Shown: positions 30,644-39,686, counted from the first letter of the stretch. The stretch is DNA of 64,000 nt from Actinomycetales bacterium (GCA_020444245.1 JAHLLI010000026.1:643-64642); one strand, 5' to 3'. Notes: generated from the sequence alone by a model not told the origin. Numbers and translations: made by a program.

Positions 30644-31417
30644 TCACCGTGACAGCTCGGCCTGCAGCGCCGAGTTGGCGTCGGTCGCGGCCTGGCACAG
30701 GTCCTGCACGTCAGCGGCGTAGGCGTCGAGGTCCTTGGGGTCGTACAGCTCGGCGTTCTGCAGGTAGCCGATCAGCTGGTTCTGGCCACGCACGCACTGG
30801 TCGAGCGCCAGGGCGACCTTGCCGGCGGCGCTGGAGATCCGCTCCTGGTAGTCCACCAGCAGCCGCTGGGCCTCCCGGTCGTCGCCGATCTGGGCCTTCT
30901 CGTTCGCGAGCTCGATGATCCGGGCCTGCGCCGTCGACAGCTGGGACTGGACCGCTGAGAGCTCGTCGGTGGTCGCCTTGAGCTCGGCGCGGGTGTCCGA
31001 CAGGTCGGAGCCCAGGTCGTGGGAGACGGCCTCGTAGTCGTCGGCGCGGCTCTCCCAGGCGTCCGACGTGCGCCACAGGTACGCGGTGGACCCGATGAGG
31101 AGTGCGGTGGTGACGGCGAGCAGCACCGCGGCGACCCTTGCGCGCCGACCGGGTCGGCGGGTCGCGACAGCGGGCACCGGCGCGTCGGCGTCCGACGTCT
31201 CGAGCGAGGTGGTGGCCGCGAGCGTCGAGTCGTCCGTGGCGCGGGTGGAGGCTCCTGCCGGCGGGAAGGTCGGCGGCGGGCCGGACGCCTCGGTCGCGAC
31301 ATGGCGATGCGGTGTGACGCGGTCCGGCGCGGCAGGCGGGCGCCGCGGCTCGGGTACCTGCGAGGGCGCCACCTGCGGCCCCTGGGCGGGGCTGCGCGGG
31401 TCGCTCGACTCACTCAC
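30644..31417 (-). CDS. Single-TM coiled-coil hypothetical protein (257 aa)
   Basis: Pro-rich N-terminus, TM VAAVLLAVTTALLIG, heptad-rich C-terminus with two Cys; TATCCT -10 (31430-31425) 7 nt before GTG. Confidence 0.7.
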   Translation of the reverse strand: MSESSDPRSPAQGPQVAPSQVPEPRRPPAAPDRVTPHRHVATEASGPPPTFPPAGASTRATDDSTLAATTSLETSDADAPVPAVATRRPGRRARVAAVLLAVTTALLIGSTAYLWRTSDAWESRADDYEAVSHDLGSDLSDTRAELKATTDELSAVQSQLSTAQARIIELANEKAQIGDDREAQRLLVDYQERISSAAGKVALALDQCVRGQNQLIGYLQNAELYDPKDLDAYAADVQDLCQAATDANSALQAELSR

Positions 31418-31469
31418 GCCGACCAGGATAGGTGGCGTTCGGGTGACACCGAGGGTCACGTGGCGGACT

Positions 31470-31829
31470 TCACCCGACGGGTCCGGTGAGGTCCTCGCCC
31501 GGGCCCTGCCCGATCGGGTCCGGGTACGGGGACGCCTCGCGGAAGGCGAGCTGGAGCGAGCGCAGCCCGTCGCGCAACGATCGGGCGTGCTGGTTGCCCA
31601 GGTCGGGGGCGGACGAGGTGACGAGGCCGGCCAGCGCGACGATGAGCTTGCGTGCCTCGTCCAGGTCCTTGAGCTCGGCGCCGGCGCGGTCGTCGGTGTC
31701 GGGCGCCAGCCCGCACTTGACCGCGGCGGCGCTCATCAGGTGCACGGCAGCGGTGGTGATGATCTCCACGGCTGGCACGTCGGCGATGTCGCGGGCCTCG
31801 TCCGGGATCGGGGGCTGGTCGGCGGGCAT
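31470..31829 (-). CDS. DUF1844-like protein
   Basis: AAVHLMSAAAVKCGL, DLDEARKLI, LRSLQLAFREAS; divergent from infC as is usual in actinobacteria. Confidence 0.8.
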   Translation of the reverse strand: MPADQPPIPDEARDIADVPAVEIITTAAVHLMSAAAVKCGLAPDTDDRAGAELKDLDEARKLIVALAGLVTSSAPDLGNQHARSLRDGLRSLQLAFREASPYPDPIGQGPGEDLTGPVG

Positions 31830-32256
31830 GACGTGATCCTTGCAGACCCTCGGGGTCTGTGACGGCTCGCGGGGAAGCCGCCGGTACGAGGCCGACCGCG
31901 CGGGGCGCGACCGGATCGTGGCGGTGGCTCGGCGGCCGGATCGTGCCCCGGGAGCGGTGCAGCGAGGGTGCTACCCTTGTCGGCGACCGACCGGTTCGGC
32001 GTGCCTGCGTGAGCGGCCGCAGGGCCGGTGCACAAGTGGAGTTCATCCCACCCAGGCGCCGACTGAGCGGCGTGGCCCCGGCCGCGCGGATCGACTGGTT
32101 CCGGGTTCAGGTCCGGTAGCCGTGCTCCATGCGGCTGCGCGTCGCGTTCGGTGCTGCCCGCACCACGCTTCGCTGGACTCAGGCCTCCGCTCGTGCTCGG
32201 CAGCGGGGGCCTTTCCCGTCGCCGACGATCGTCCCGACGACGTACAGGAGTCCCAC

Positions 32257-33312
32257 ATCAGCGAGCCCCGCATCAACGATCGGATCCGCGTCTCCGAGGT
32301 CCGCCTGGTCGGTCCGGCCGGCGAGCAGGTCGGCATCGTCCGCGTGGAGGACGCGCTGCGCCTGGCCCAGGAGGCCGACCTCGACCTCGTCGAGGTGGCG
32401 CCGGACGCCCGCCCGCCGGTCTGCAAGCTCATGGACTACGGCAAGTTCAAGTACGAGGCGGACATGAAGGCGCGTGAGGCCCGGCGCAACCAGGCCAACA
32501 CCGTGCTCAAGGAGATCCGTTTCCGGCTCAAGATCGACCCGCACGACTACGGCACGAAGAAGGGCCACGTCGAGCGGTTCCTCAAGGCCGGGGACAAGGT
32601 CAAGGTCATGATCATGTTCCGTGGTCGCGAGCAGTCGCGCCCGGAGATGGGCGTGCGCCTGCTCCAGCGGTTGGCCGATGACGTCGCCGAGCTGGGCACG
32701 ATCGAGAGCATGCCTCGGCAGGACGGCCGGAACATGATCATGGTGCTCGGGCCGACGAAGAAGAAGGCTGACGTCAAGAACGAGCAGCGGCGCCGGGCAC
32801 GCGAGGCCGAGGCCGCCAAGCAGACCCCGGTGCGCGAGGCCGGAGGCGGCGCGCCCGCCGAGGTGGCGGCGCCCGAGGCGACGAGCCCGGCTGTGGCGGC
32901 GGCTCCTTCGGCGCCCGCTCAGCCGGAGCCGACGGTCACTCCCGCTGCGCCGGCGGTTGCCGAGGCGGAGCTCGCGACAGCGCCTGCCGAGCGGGCGCCT
33001 GCCGAGCCCAAGGCGGTCGAGCCCAAGGCGGTCGAGCCCAAGGCGGCGGAGCCGGAGGCGGTGGAGCCTGCGGCGGCCGAGCCCAAGGCGGCGGAGCCGG
33101 AGGCGGTGGAGCCTGCGGCGGCCGAGCCCAAGGCGGCGGAGCCTGCGGCGGCCAAGGCCACACCCGCGAAGCCCGCGGCGGCCAAGGCCACACCCGCCAA
33201 GCCCGCGGCGGCCAAGGCCACACCTGCGGCGGCCAAGCCCACCCCGGCCACCGCCAAGCCGTCGGCTGCTGCGCCGAAGCCCACCCCGCGGCCCCGCGCC
33301 CCCAAGAGCTGA
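32257..33312 (+). CDS. infC: Translation initiation factor IF-3 with ATC start and long repetitive tail
   Basis: AGGAG SD then ATC AGC GAG CCC CGC ATC AAC; [37 protein letters not shown]. Confidence 0.96.
   Translation: MSEPRINDRIRVSEVRLVGPAGEQVGIVRVEDALRLAQEADLDLVEVAPDARPPVCKLMDYGKFKYEADMKAREARRNQANTVLKEIRFRLKIDPHDYGTKKGHVERFLKAGDKVKVMIMFRGREQSRPEMGVRLLQRLADDVAELGTIESMPRQDGRNMIMVLGPTKKKADVKNEQRRRAREAEAAKQTPVREAGGGAPAEVAAPEATSPAVAAAPSAPAQPEPTVTPAAPAVAEAELATAPAERAPAEPKAVEPKAVEPKAAEPEAVEPAAAEPKAAEPEAVEPAAAEPKAAEPAAAKATPAKPAAAKATPAKPAAAKATPAAAKPTPATAKPSAAAPKPTPRPRAPKS
33001..33240 (+). repeat. Coding tandem repeats in the infC tail
   Basis: Ten 15-bp [AV]EP[KEA]A units (33001-33150) with a perfect 45-bp duplication (33034-33078/33079-33123); then 30-bp [10 protein letters not shown] twice plus a partial copy. 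Confidence 0.9.
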
Positions 33313-33359
33313 CCCACCCGTGCCGCCCGTCGGGTGGCCTGACCAGAAAGGGCACACCC

Positions 33360-33554
33360 GTGCCGAAGAACAAGACGCACAGCGGTGCGAAGAAGCGGTT
33401 CCGGGTGACCGGCTCCGGCAAGCTCATGCGCGAGCAGGCCGGCGCCCGCCACCTGCTCGAGCACAAGTCGAGCCGCAAGACCCGCCGCCTCGCCTCCGAC
33501 CAGCCGGTCGCCCCTGCCGACGTCCCCAAGATCAAGAAGCTGCTCGGCAAGTGA
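33360..33554 (+). CDS. rpmI: 50S ribosomal protein L35
   Basis: [21 protein letters not shown]...KIKKLLGK. Confidence 0.98.
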   Translation: MPKNKTHSGAKKRFRVTGSGKLMREQAGARHLLEHKSSRKTRRLASDQPVAPADVPKIKKLLGK

Positions 33555-33608
33555 CCGCCGCGGGCCGTGCGCCCCGGACTCACCTGTGAGCCCTGAAAGG
33601 AGCATCAC

Positions 33609-33992
33609 GTGGCACGCGTGAAGCGGGCGGTCAACGCCCAGAAGAAGCGTCGTTCGACCCTCGAGCGGGCCAGCGGCTACCGCGGCCAGCGCTCGCGGCT
33701 GTACCGCAAGGCCAAGGAGCAGGTCACCCACTCGATGGTGTACTCCTACCGCGACCGCAAGGCGCGCAAGGGAGACTTCCGTCGGCTGTGGATCCAGCGG
33801 ATCAACGCGGCCTCGCGCGCCCAGGGGCTGACCTACAACCGGTTGATCCAGGGCCTGAAGCTGGCCGGTGTCGAGGTCGACCGTCGCGTGCTGGCCGACC
33901 TGGCCGTCAACGACGCCCAGGCGTTCAACGTCCTGGTGCAGGTGGCCAAGGACGCGCTGCCCGCCGACGTCAACGCGCCGTCGGCGGCCTGA
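33609..33992 (+). CDS. rplT: 50S ribosomal protein L20
   Basis: [29 protein letters not shown]. Confidence 0.98.
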   Translation: MARVKRAVNAQKKRRSTLERASGYRGQRSRLYRKAKEQVTHSMVYSYRDRKARKGDFRRLWIQRINAASRAQGLTYNRLIQGLKLAGVEVDRRVLADLAVNDAQAFNVLVQVAKDALPADVNAPSAA

Positions 33993-34014
33993 GCACGACT
34001 CCGGACGCCCGGCC

Positions 34015-34845
34015 GTGCCCGAGCTGACCAACCCCCGCGCCGAGCGGGTGAAGGCAGTGCGGGCGTTGGCCGGGCGTCCGATGCGCGAACGGCGAGGCCG
34101 CTTCCTGGTCGAGGGGCCCCAGCCCGTGCGCGAGCTGGTGCGGTACATGCCTGCGCGGGTCCACGACCTGTTCATGACGGCGGCCGCCGGCCAGCGCTAC
34201 CCCGAGATCCTGGCCGCGGCACACGCCGCAGACCTGTCGGTCGAGACCGGGACCGTCGAGGTCCTCGACGCGATGTCCCGCGACGCGCAGGGTGTGCTCG
34301 CCGTCGCGCAGACCTGGACCCCGACCCTGGACCAGCTCGGCCAGCCCCGGCTCGTCGCGGTCCTGGTCGAGGTCCGGGACCCGGGCAACGCCGGGACCGT
34401 GATCCGCGCGGCGGACGCCGCCGGTGCCAACGCCGTGGTCCTCGCGGGCCACGCCGTCGACGTGTTCAACCCGAAGGTCGTCCGTGCGACCGCGGGCTCG
34501 TTGTTCCACCTGCCGGTGATCCGGGCAGGGCACCTGCCCGAGGCGATCGCGCGGCTGCGCGGGTCGGGCCTGCAGGTGCTCGCCGCGGACGGTGGGGGCG
34601 ACCACGACCTCGACGGGTTGCTGGACGCCGCGTCGTGGCCACCAGGTCCCGACGCGCCCGCCGGCCCCGACCTGCGGGTGCCGACCGCGTGGCTGTTCGG
34701 CAACGAGGCGTGGGGGCTTCGCGAGGAGGACCTCGCTCAGGCCGACGCCGCGGTCGCCATCCCGCTGCGCGGTGCGGCCGAGTCCCTCAACCTGGCGGCC
34801 GCGGCCGCCGTCTGCCTGTACGCCAGCGCTCACGCTCAGCGCTGA
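34015..34845 (+). CDS. TrmH/SpoU family RNA methyltransferase
   Basis: FLVEG, DPGNAGTVIRAADAAG, ATAGSLFHLP, LFGNEAWG, ESLNL; follows rplT. Confidence 0.92.
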   Translation: MPELTNPRAERVKAVRALAGRPMRERRGRFLVEGPQPVRELVRYMPARVHDLFMTAAAGQRYPEILAAAHAADLSVETGTVEVLDAMSRDAQGVLAVAQTWTPTLDQLGQPRLVAVLVEVRDPGNAGTVIRAADAAGANAVVLAGHAVDVFNPKVVRATAGSLFHLPVIRAGHLPEAIARLRGSGLQVLAADGGGDHDLDGLLDAASWPPGPDAPAGPDLRVPTAWLFGNEAWGLREEDLAQADAAVAIPLRGAAESLNLAAAAAVCLYASAHAQR

Positions 34846-34854
34846 GTGCCGGCC

Positions 34855-35187
34855 TCAGGCCTGCGGGTTCTGCGGCGTGACCGGCTGGGAGCCGGTCGGC
34901 TGCGGGTACTGCTGGGCGTAGGGCCGCTGCGGGTAGGGCTGCTCCGGGTAGCCGGGAGCGTAGGGCTGGGGGCCCCAGGTCGAGCGCTCGGACGGCATGA
35001 GGATCCACAGCACCGGGTAGATGAGGATCTGGCTGCCCGGGATGATCATGAGCACCAGGATGAACAGCAGGCGTGCGGGCCAGGGGTCCAGACCGAACCG
35101 GCGCCCGAGGCCGGCGCACACGCCGCCCAGGACGCGACCCTGCTCGGGGCGGACGAGGCCCTGACGGGCCATCTGGTCGTGGATCAT
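34855..35187 (-). CDS. PspC-domain protein with Pro/Gln/Tyr-rich tail (110 aa)
   Basis: GAGGAG SD; LVRPEQGRVLGGVCAGLGRRFG...LIYPVLWILMP; tail PQPYAPGYPEQPYPQ. Confidence 0.88.
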   Translation of the reverse strand: MIHDQMARQGLVRPEQGRVLGGVCAGLGRRFGLDPWPARLLFILVLMIIPGSQILIYPVLWILMPSERSTWGPQPYAPGYPEQPYPQRPYAQQYPQPTGSQPVTPQNPQA

Positions 35188-35272
35188 TGCTGCACTGCTC
35201 CTCTCGAGCGCCGGTCCGTCCGGCACACCCCAAGGGTGGCCGCCGCGGGATCGTCCGCGCATCGGGGCCCAA

Positions 35273-35310
35273 CCCTGATCCGCCCCTGATCGGCCCCTGA
35301 TCCCTCAGGG
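35273..35310. promoter_or_regulatory. Repeat array upstream of pspC, candidate response-regulator operator
   Basis: CCCTGATC at 35273, 35284 and 35295 (11-bp period) plus inverted TCAGGG at 35305. Confidence 0.55.
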
Positions 35311-35333
35311 GCGCTGCCCTGCGCCGGTCCGCG

Positions 35334-35930
35334 CTATGCGGTGCGGTCGAACCCCAGGCCGGGCCGAGCACCGTCGACCTCGACGCGGTCCAGCCAGGGT
35401 GCGCGCCGACGGATCATGCTCTCGAGCCGCGCGTGCACGGTCAGAGCGGCGGCGGGGCAGCCGTGGCACGTCCCGGTCAGTCGTACCGTGACGGTGTCGG
35501 GGCCGACGCCCAGCAGGTCGATCCCGCCGCCGTGACCGGCCGCGTATGGCCCGACCGTGGTCTCCAGGGCCTCGCGCGCGGCGCTCTCGAGCGCCGCGCG
35601 GCGCGCCTCGGGGTCGGACGGCCCACCGGCCGCGCACGCCGTGGCCGCCCGCTGGGCGGCGTCACGCACCGCCGCGGCGTGGTCGGCCCACGCGAGGTCG
35701 GGCGCCAGCGTCACGCGCGCGGCCCCGGGGAGCGCCGTCACGCACGTCACGACGGCGCTCGAGGTGAGCGGCGCGAAGGCGTCGTCGAGTGCATCCTGCC
35801 AGCCGGGTCCCGTGCTGCCGTGCCCGGCTCCGAACCGCCACAGCACGGTCCCGGGGTCCTCGGTCCGTTCGGGGTGCACGGGTACGGTGCCCTGCTGAAT
35901 GGCCGGACCGTGCATGGTGGTAGCCGTCAT
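35334..35930 (-). CDS. NfuA/NifU-like Fe-S carrier protein (198 aa)
   Basis: ATG overlaps feoB stop (ATGA); HGGGIDLL...VRLTGTCHGCPAA NifU C-terminal CxxC motif. Confidence 0.85.
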   Translation of the reverse strand: MTATTMHGPAIQQGTVPVHPERTEDPGTVLWRFGAGHGSTGPGWQDALDDAFAPLTSSAVVTCVTALPGAARVTLAPDLAWADHAAAVRDAAQRAATACAAGGPSDPEARRAALESAAREALETTVGPYAAGHGGGIDLLGVGPDTVTVRLTGTCHGCPAAALTVHARLESMIRRRAPWLDRVEVDGARPGLGFDRTA

Positions 35931-37870
35931 CCGAGCACCGCCGCGACCACGGTACGGGCGACCCATGCCATCAACCACGCCAGGGTGCCCATGTAGGCGA
36001 ACGCGAGCGCCGGCCAGCGCCACGAGTTGGACTCGCGGCGCATCACCGCGATGGTCGCGAAGCACTGCAGGGCGTACACGAAGAACACCAGCAGGGCCGC
36101 GATCGTCGGCGCGTCGAACAGCGCCTCGCCGGCGCCCGGCCCATCGGTCCGGGTCAGCTCCGCGAGCGCGCCGGCCGGGTTCTCGGGGTCCTGCGCCGCG
36201 GCGACCTGGCCCATGGTCGAGACGAACACCTCGCGGGCCGCCATCGCGCCGATCAGGCCCACGTCGATCCGCCAGTCGAAGCCGAGCGGTTCGAACACCG
36301 GCTCCACCGCGTGGCCGATCGACGCGGCCCAGCTGTGGTCGAGGACGTAGGCGGACGCCTCGGCCGGCGCCATGCCCGCAGTCTCGACCGGCCGGGCCGG
36401 GAACGAGATGAGCGCCCAGAGCACCACCGTGGCGATCAGGATGACCGTCGCCATCTTGCGCAGGAACGCGCCGACCGTCGTGCCGACCGTGCGCAGCACC
36501 GTTCGCCCGGACGGCATCCGGTACGGCGGCAGCTCGAGGTAGAACGGAAGGCCGCCGCCGCGCAGGGCGGTCTTGGTCAGCACGGCCGCGGCGACCAGAG
36601 TGGACAGGCCGCCCAGCAGGTACAGCCCGAAGAGCACCAGGCCCTGCGCGCCGAAGGGGCCCCAGGTGGCGCCGGCAGGCACCAGCATGCCCACGAGGAG
36701 CAGGTACACCGGCAGCCGGGCCGAGCAGGGCATCAGCGGCGCGGCCATCATGGTCGCGAGGCGGTCGCGCGAGGACGGCATCGTGCGGGTCGACATGATC
36801 CCGGGGATCGCGCACGCCACCGACGAGAGCATCGACACGAACGCCCGTCCGTCGAGCCCGGTGACCGCCATGACGCGGTCCATGAGCACGGCCGCGCGCG
36901 CCAGGTAGCCCGAGCCCTCGAGCAGCGCGAGCAGAACGAAGAGCAGGGCGATCTGCGGGAGGAAGACCAGCACCCCGCCGACGCCCCCGATCAGGGCGGT
37001 GCCGACGAAGTCCGCGAGCAGCGGCTGGGTGATCGCGCCGGCGGCAACGCCGGCGAGCGCCGCGAACGCCTGCTCGACGAGGCCCTGCAGCGGCGCCGCC
37101 ACGACGAAGATCGTCTGGAAGAACGCCGCCATCACCAGACCGAACGTGAGGACTCCGGCGACCGGGTGGAGGAGCACCCGGTCGATGCCTCGTGAGGTCC
37201 GTGGCAGCGAGGCGGCGCGGTAGCCGACCGCGGCGAGCACGGAGTCGCTCCAGGCCGCGAGCTGCTCCTCGTCGTCGACCGGCGGCGGGACCACGGGGAG
37301 CGGCCAGGTGTGCCAGGCCAGGATCGCCTCGCGCAGGGCGGGGATGCCGCGGCCGCGGTGCCCGACGACCTCGTGCACGGGCATGTCCAGGGCGCGGGCG
37401 AGGGACTGGGCGTCGACGTCGCCGCCCCGGGAGCGCAGCTCGTCGACCATGGTGAGTGCCACGGCGCACGGTCGGCCGCTCGCGGCGGCCTGGGCGACGA
37501 GCGACAGCGACCGGCGCAGCGTGGTCGCATCGACCACCAGGACGAGCGCGTCGGGCGCGTGGGCACCCGGCAGCCGTCCGGCCAGGTGGTCGGCCACGAC
37601 CTGCTCGTCCGGGCTGACGGGCGTCAGGCCGTAGGTGCCGGGCAGGTCGGTCAGGGTCACGCCGGTCGCCTCCGCACCCGCCCCGCCCGCCGCCTCGATC
37701 CGCCCGGAGGCCCGCGTGACGGTCACCCCGGGGTAGTTCGCGGTCTTCACCCGCAGGCCCGTGAGGTGGTTGAACACGCTCGACTTGCCGGCGTTCGGTG
37801 CCCCGACCAGGGCGACATCGACTCCGACCACGGGCGCTCCTGGCCCCTGGTCGTGGCAGGTGGCAGTCAC
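35927..37870 (-). CDS. feoB: Ferrous iron transporter B (647 aa)
   Basis: G1 GAPNAGKS, G2 NYPGVTV, G3 DLPG, G4 variant TMVD; GIAC-like ACAIPGIMSTR, PCSARLPVY, ELPPY, YALQC; GTG overlaps feoA stop. Confidence 0.95.
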   Translation of the reverse strand: MTATCHDQGPGAPVVGVDVALVGAPNAGKSSVFNHLTGLRVKTANYPGVTVTRASGRIEAAGGAGAEATGVTLTDLPGTYGLTPVSPDEQVVADHLAGRLPGAHAPDALVLVVDATTLRRSLSLVAQAAASGRPCAVALTMVDELRSRGGDVDAQSLARALDMPVHEVVGHRGRGIPALREAILAWHTWPLPVVPPPVDDEEQLAAWSDSVLAAVGYRAASLPRTSRGIDRVLLHPVAGVLTFGLVMAAFFQTIFVVAAPLQGLVEQAFAALAGVAAGAITQPLLADFVGTALIGGVGGVLVFLPQIALLFVLLALLEGSGYLARAAVLMDRVMAVTGLDGRAFVSMLSSVACAIPGIMSTRTMPSSRDRLATMMAAPLMPCSARLPVYLLLVGMLVPAGATWGPFGAQGLVLFGLYLLGGLSTLVAAAVLTKTALRGGGLPFYLELPPYRMPSGRTVLRTVGTTVGAFLRKMATVILIATVVLWALISFPARPVETAGMAPAEASAYVLDHSWAASIGHAVEPVFEPLGFDWRIDVGLIGAMAAREVFVSTMGQVAAAQDPENPAGALAELTRTDGPGAGEALFDAPTIAALLVFFVYALQCFATIAVMRRESNSWRWPALAFAYMGTLAWLMAWVARTVVAAVLG

Positions 37871-38145
37871 CGGACGAGCACCAGCTCGGCGAGCGGGCGA
37901 CGCAGGCAGAGGTCCGTCTCGCCGATCCGGTAGACGACGGGCGAGCCGAGCGGCGCCCGGCGCACGCACGTGACCGGGGTCCCGGCGGTGAAGCCGAGGT
38001 CGCGCAGCCGGCAGCGGACGGCCGTGTCGCAGTCCTCGCAGATCCCCGCGACCGTGGCCTGCTGACCGGCGCGCATCGTCGACAGCCGGTCGGCGGGGAC
38101 GGTTCCCGCGGGATCGGGTGCCGTGCTGAGGGGAGCCGCCTGCAT
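37867..38145 (-). CDS. feoA: Ferrous iron transport protein A
   Basis: RLRDLGFTAGTPV...APLGSPVVYRIGETDLCLRR. Confidence 0.93.
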   Translation of the reverse strand: MQAAPLSTAPDPAGTVPADRLSTMRAGQQATVAGICEDCDTAVRCRLRDLGFTAGTPVTCVRRAPLGSPVVYRIGETDLCLRRPLAELVLVR

Positions 38146-38178
38146 CGCCGTCCTCCGGGTCGGAGCGAGTGGTCGGAA

Positions 38179-38202
38179 GTAGGTTAGCCGAGCCTTACCT
38201 AA
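38179..38202. promoter_or_regulatory. DtxR/IdeR iron box (two overlapping 19-mers)
   Basis: GTAGGTTAGCCGAGCCTTA and TTAGCCGAGCCTTACCTAA each match 14/19 of TTAGGTTAGGCTAACCTAA; covers the feoA -10 TAACCT (38186-38181). Confidence 0.82.
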
Positions 38203-38301
38203 GCTCGTGCGGGCGGAAGGTCCCGGGTCAGGCGCAGCGTTCCGCCGCGGACCGAGGGCCTAGCATGGGTCGGGCGTTCGCGCTGGCCGCAAGGGGGCGG
38301 T

Positions 38302-39114
38302 ATGGAGCAGTCGATCTCGTTCGCCGACGCCGAGCTGGCACTCCTTGCCGACCTCCTCGGCGAGTCGTTCCCCAGGCAGCTCGGCGCCGACCACCATCGC
38401 GCCGCGACGAGCGACGCCCGGCGTGGCGCCGAGTCCGCGCTGCGGCGCCGCGGGGTGGTCGTCGACACCGACGCGGGGCGGGCCGAGGTGGTCCTCACCG
38501 TCGCCCGACTGGTGCAGATCCTCAGCCGCCCCATGATCAGGATCGACATCGGGGTCGGTGCCGGCACATGGGCCGCCGGTTCCCACCACCTGGCCGTCGG
38601 GCCACGCGTCGGCGTGGAGGCCGCGCGGGTCGAGGGCGGCTATCGGTTGACGCCGTTCGCAACGGGCGGCCTGGTCCGGCGGATGGCTGAGCGCGCCCGG
38701 ATCGGCGACGTGATCCCCGGGCCGCGTCCGGTGAGCCTGCCGTCGTCGTGCCTGGTCGCCGTGTCGCGTGCGGGCGACCCGGCGCGAGCGCGCGCCGAGC
38801 TGGCGGATGGGCTGCGCGACCGCGACCGGGACCTGACCGACGCCCTCACCGACGCCTTCGCCGGCCGCAGGACCGTGGTCAGCGTTCGGAGCCGGCCGGT
38901 GACCGGCCGGGCCGGCGGGCTCGAGCTCGCCTGGGTCGGCGCAGCCCGAGGGGCGTGGGAGGTGCCGCCCGCGATCACCGAGCCCGGCCCGGAGATCGAC
39001 GGCACGACCACCGCCGAGCTCGAGCCGATCGGCGCGGAGCGGCTGCTCACCGCGATCCGCGGCTCGATCGAGTGGCTCGCCGAGTCAGCCCCGGTGGGTG
39101 GGCGCCGACGCTAG
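38302..39114 (+). CDS. Hypothetical protein, possibly EspG-like T7SS chaperone (270 aa)
   Basis: Precedes WXG100 genes; AESALRRRGVV...VARLVQILSRP pattern recalls EspG family; TAGCAT -10 at 38261. Confidence 0.5.
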   Translation: MEQSISFADAELALLADLLGESFPRQLGADHHRAATSDARRGAESALRRRGVVVDTDAGRAEVVLTVARLVQILSRPMIRIDIGVGAGTWAAGSHHLAVGPRVGVEAARVEGGYRLTPFATGGLVRRMAERARIGDVIPGPRPVSLPSSCLVAVSRAGDPARARAELADGLRDRDRDLTDALTDAFAGRRTVVSVRSRPVTGRAGGLELAWVGAARGAWEVPPAITEPGPEIDGTTTAELEPIGAERLLTAIRGSIEWLAESAPVGGRRR

Positions 39115-39151
39115 CCTGAGTCCAGCAGTCGACTACGAGAAGGGCACGGGG

Positions 39152-39415
39152 ATGCCACTCATCGGTGGAGAGCTCGACGAGCTGGCCTCGCTGAAGGCGA
39201 CGTTCGACCGCGAGGGCAACCTCGTCGCGGATGTTCTGTCGACGATCCGTTCGCAGCTCGGGAACACCTACTGGGAGGGGCCCGCCGCGGCGCGCTTCCG
39301 GGAGACCTGGCAGAGCGAGTTCGAACCGATGCTCCAGCGTCTGCAGACTCAGATCTCCGAGGCGGGCACCGAGATCGCCCGTCGTCGTGAGGCGTTGCAG
39401 CGCGCCGGGTCGTGA
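39152..39415 (+). CDS. WXG100 family protein (87 aa)
   Basis: Central YWEGPAAARFRETW motif; helical hairpin size; purine-rich SD; TAGCCT -10-like hexamer at 39112. Confidence 0.9.
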   Translation: MPLIGGELDELASLKATFDREGNLVADVLSTIRSQLGNTYWEGPAAARFRETWQSEFEPMLQRLQTQISEAGTEIARRREALQRAGS

Positions 39416-39427
39416 GCCGGGACGGGC

Positions 39428-39685
39428 ATGGCTGACGCAGCCGCGCTCGAGTCCGCAGCCGCAACCCTGATCGCCCGGGCCGAGGACCTCGCCTACCTCG
39501 GTGACCAGATCGTGCTGCACGGCACTCGCGCGCACTGGGAGTGCGCCAAGGCGGACCGGTTCAGGGAGGCGATGGTGGCCCGCCGCCGGGAGTCGTCGCG
39601 GGTGGCGTTCGAGATGCGCGAGCTCGGCCGGGCGGTGCGGGCCCGCGCGATGGCCGCGGAGGCCGTCGAGCAGGCGGGGACCTGA
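39428..39685 (+). CDS. WXG100-like protein with WEC variant motif (85 aa)
   Basis: Central HWECAKADRFRE aligns with YWEGPAAARFRE of the upstream gene. Confidence 0.7.
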   Translation: MADAAALESAAATLIARAEDLAYLGDQIVLHGTRAHWECAKADRFREAMVARRRESSRVAFEMRELGRAVRARAMAAEAVEQAGT

Positions 39686-39686
39686 C

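Noticed and set aside
33001-33240. Possible CRISPR or mobile repeat
   Set aside because: In-frame coding repeats with no unique spacers and no cas genes
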